A stretch of DNA of 62,312 nt, the filler included, from Chthonomonadaceae bacterium (GTDB lineage: Bacteria > Armatimonadota > Chthonomonadetes > Chthonomonadales > Chthonomonadaceae): assembly GCA_035650735.1 (NCBI GenBank). It is 3 parts of 3 records of this genome, joined end to end, with 100 filler letters (N's around TTAATTAATTAA, not from the genome) between each part and the next. Parts side by side here need not be neighbours in the genome. Positions count along the whole stretch, not along the records: positions 33,103 to 62,312 come from DASRGZ010000197.1; 2 more parts are not named here. One strand, 5' to 3'. Both the position numbers and the translations under genes were made by a program. Below the pieces are notes generated by a model, which had not been told where the DNA came from, made no database searches, and saw nothing but the letters and a program-made list of their open reading frames with translations. Shown one piece after another: positions 60,992-62,312 of the stretch. Position 1 is the stretch's first letter, and every line of letters starts with the position of its first letter.

Positions 60992-62312
60992 TCAATCGCG
61001 GGCCGCGCGAACCTGAGTCGCTTTGCCGATGGGAACCGGCACGAACGCCTTCGCCAGCGTGCCCGCAGGCAGGTTATAGATACGCACTGTCCCGTCGAAT
61101 CCGCCGGTGGCGATCTGTTTGCCGTCTGGCCGGAAGGCGAGGGCGTAGATGACGCCCCGATGCCCGCGCAGCGTCGCAAGCCGCTTGCCGTCCAGGGCGC
61201 TGTAGAGGTTGACCTCGCTGCCCTCGGTGCCGACCGCGATCTGGCTGCCGTCGGCGCTGAAGGCCAGGGCGGTAATCGGGGCAGGCTGTCGGTCGAAGAT
61301 GCGCAGCAGGTTGTGGTCTTCCTGGTTCATGGTGCGCGCAGCGGTACGGAACACTTTATAGAGACGCGGGATGCCGTCCTCGCCGCCGCAAAGCACCACG
61401 TCCGGCTGGAACTTGAGCGTCTTGCCGCCCTCAGAGAGGGTGAGGGTGCCGACGACGATGCGCCCGATGTCGCCGTTCTGAGTGGCGGTCGGAGGCTCCG
61501 TCTGGATGGTTTTCGGGCCGACGCTGATCTCATAGGCGCCCTCAGGCACGGCGTCGGGCAGCGTGATTTCGAGGGTCGGGCCATGCGCGCCGGCAGGGGT
61601 CGCCGGCAGCGGGAAAGTAAGGTCGCCGCCCGGCACGCCGGGGCCGTTGACATGGACGAAGACCTCGCCGGAAATGTCCCGGTGCATATCCCGCACGAAA
61701 TCCAGGCGGAAATGGCGCGGCCCAAGCGCGGTAAAATCAGCGTAGGATCGCGGGTTGCGGACGAGGCAGCGCAGGGCGCTGGTGTGCGTGTTGATGTCGT
61801 CTATGAACGAGCCGCTCTCCACCAGCGTCAGCTTGATCGCCTGGTCGCGGCTGGCGCTGAGCAGGTACTTGCTGTCCATCGAGAAGGCGGTGGCAAAGAC
61901 CCAATCGCTGTGGTTGTCAAACTTGAGAACCGGCTTGCCGTCCGGCACGGTAAGCACGCGCACGGAGTTATCGGCGCAGCCGAAGGCGATCTCCTTGCCA
62001 TCCGGGGAGAAGGAGGCGCCAAACAGCGTGTCATAGGTAGACTGCACGGTATTGATCGGCTTATTGGTCGCCGTGTCCCAGAACTGGACCTCGCCGAAGC
62101 GGGCGGGCGCGCCGCCAACCGCCGCCAGTATCTTGCCGTCGGGCGAATAGACTAGCGAGAGGATGTCCTGCGCCTTCCCGACCAGCCGCGCTATCCGACC
62201 GGAGCCGTCGGCGTGATGCAGCAGGATCTCGCGGTAGCCGGAGACGGCCAGCGTGGAACCGTCGGGGGAATAGGCCAGGGCCTTGATGACCGGCGGGGCT
62301 GTATACATGGGC
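60992..62312 (-). CDS. WD40-repeat protein (5' end outside window)
   Basis: Repeated ALAYSPDG / FSPDGK / HSDWVF / GHRGVIYALAFRPDG. Confidence 0.9.
   Translation of the reverse strand, partial: PMYTAPPVIKALAYSPDGSTLAVSGYREILLHHADGSGRIARLVGKAQDILSLVYSPDGKILAAVGGAPARFGEVQFWDTATNKPINTVQSTYDTLFGASFSPDGKEIAFGCADNSVRVLTVPDGKPVLKFDNHSDWVFATAFSMDSKYLLSASRDQAIKLTLVESGSFIDDINTHTSALRCLVRNPRSYADFTALGPRHFRLDFVRDMHRDISGEVFVHVNGPGVPGGDLTFPLPATPAGAHGPTLEITLPDAVPEGAYEISVGPKTIQTEPPTATQNGDIGRIVVGTLTLSEGGKTLKFQPDVVLCGGEDGIPRLYKVFRTAARTMNQEDHNLLRIFDRQPAPITALAFSADGSQIAVGTEGSEVNLYSALDGKRLATLRGHRGVIYALAFRPDGKQIATGGFDGTVRIYNLPAGTLAKAFVPVPIGKATQVRAARD

Overview
High-GC bacterial DNA made of three contigs joined by artificial 100-nt N/TTAATTAATTAA linkers (15552-15651, 33003-33102), so adjacency across the linkers is not real. 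Gene content suggests a diderm Terrabacterium, most plausibly Armatimonadota (inference): an SLH-domain protein, a SigH-like sigma factor, an outer-membrane porin, a Firmicutes-style fliK-flgD-TIGR02530-flgE-flbD-motAB-fliL cluster and a DUF1501/DUF1549/DUF1553 cluster. Housekeeping genes include mtaB, ileS, rpsB-tsf-pyrH-(2 inserted genes)-frr-uppS-dxr-rseP, ald and porin-amtB-glnK with an ANTAR regulator. Intergenic DNA is rich in small repeats: GC-rich REP-like hairpins, REPIN-like elements, CAGGATT-ended MITEs, an IS630-type MITE and an IS256 remnant. Top lead: a small, apparently mobile element inserted at the same position of REP hairpins that carries a CRISPR-like 37-nt repeat/36-nt spacer/37-nt repeat cassette. 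Two copies have the same spacer, a third copy is spacer-less, an empty target site is visible, and there are no cas genes in the window. Other leads are an Ile-codon leader-peptide attenuator upstream of ileS, a structured flgE leader, a DHOD homolog with its active site replaced, and an orphan OsmC/ACAD/PhnD-like operon. All calls come from reading the sequence; no database searches were run.
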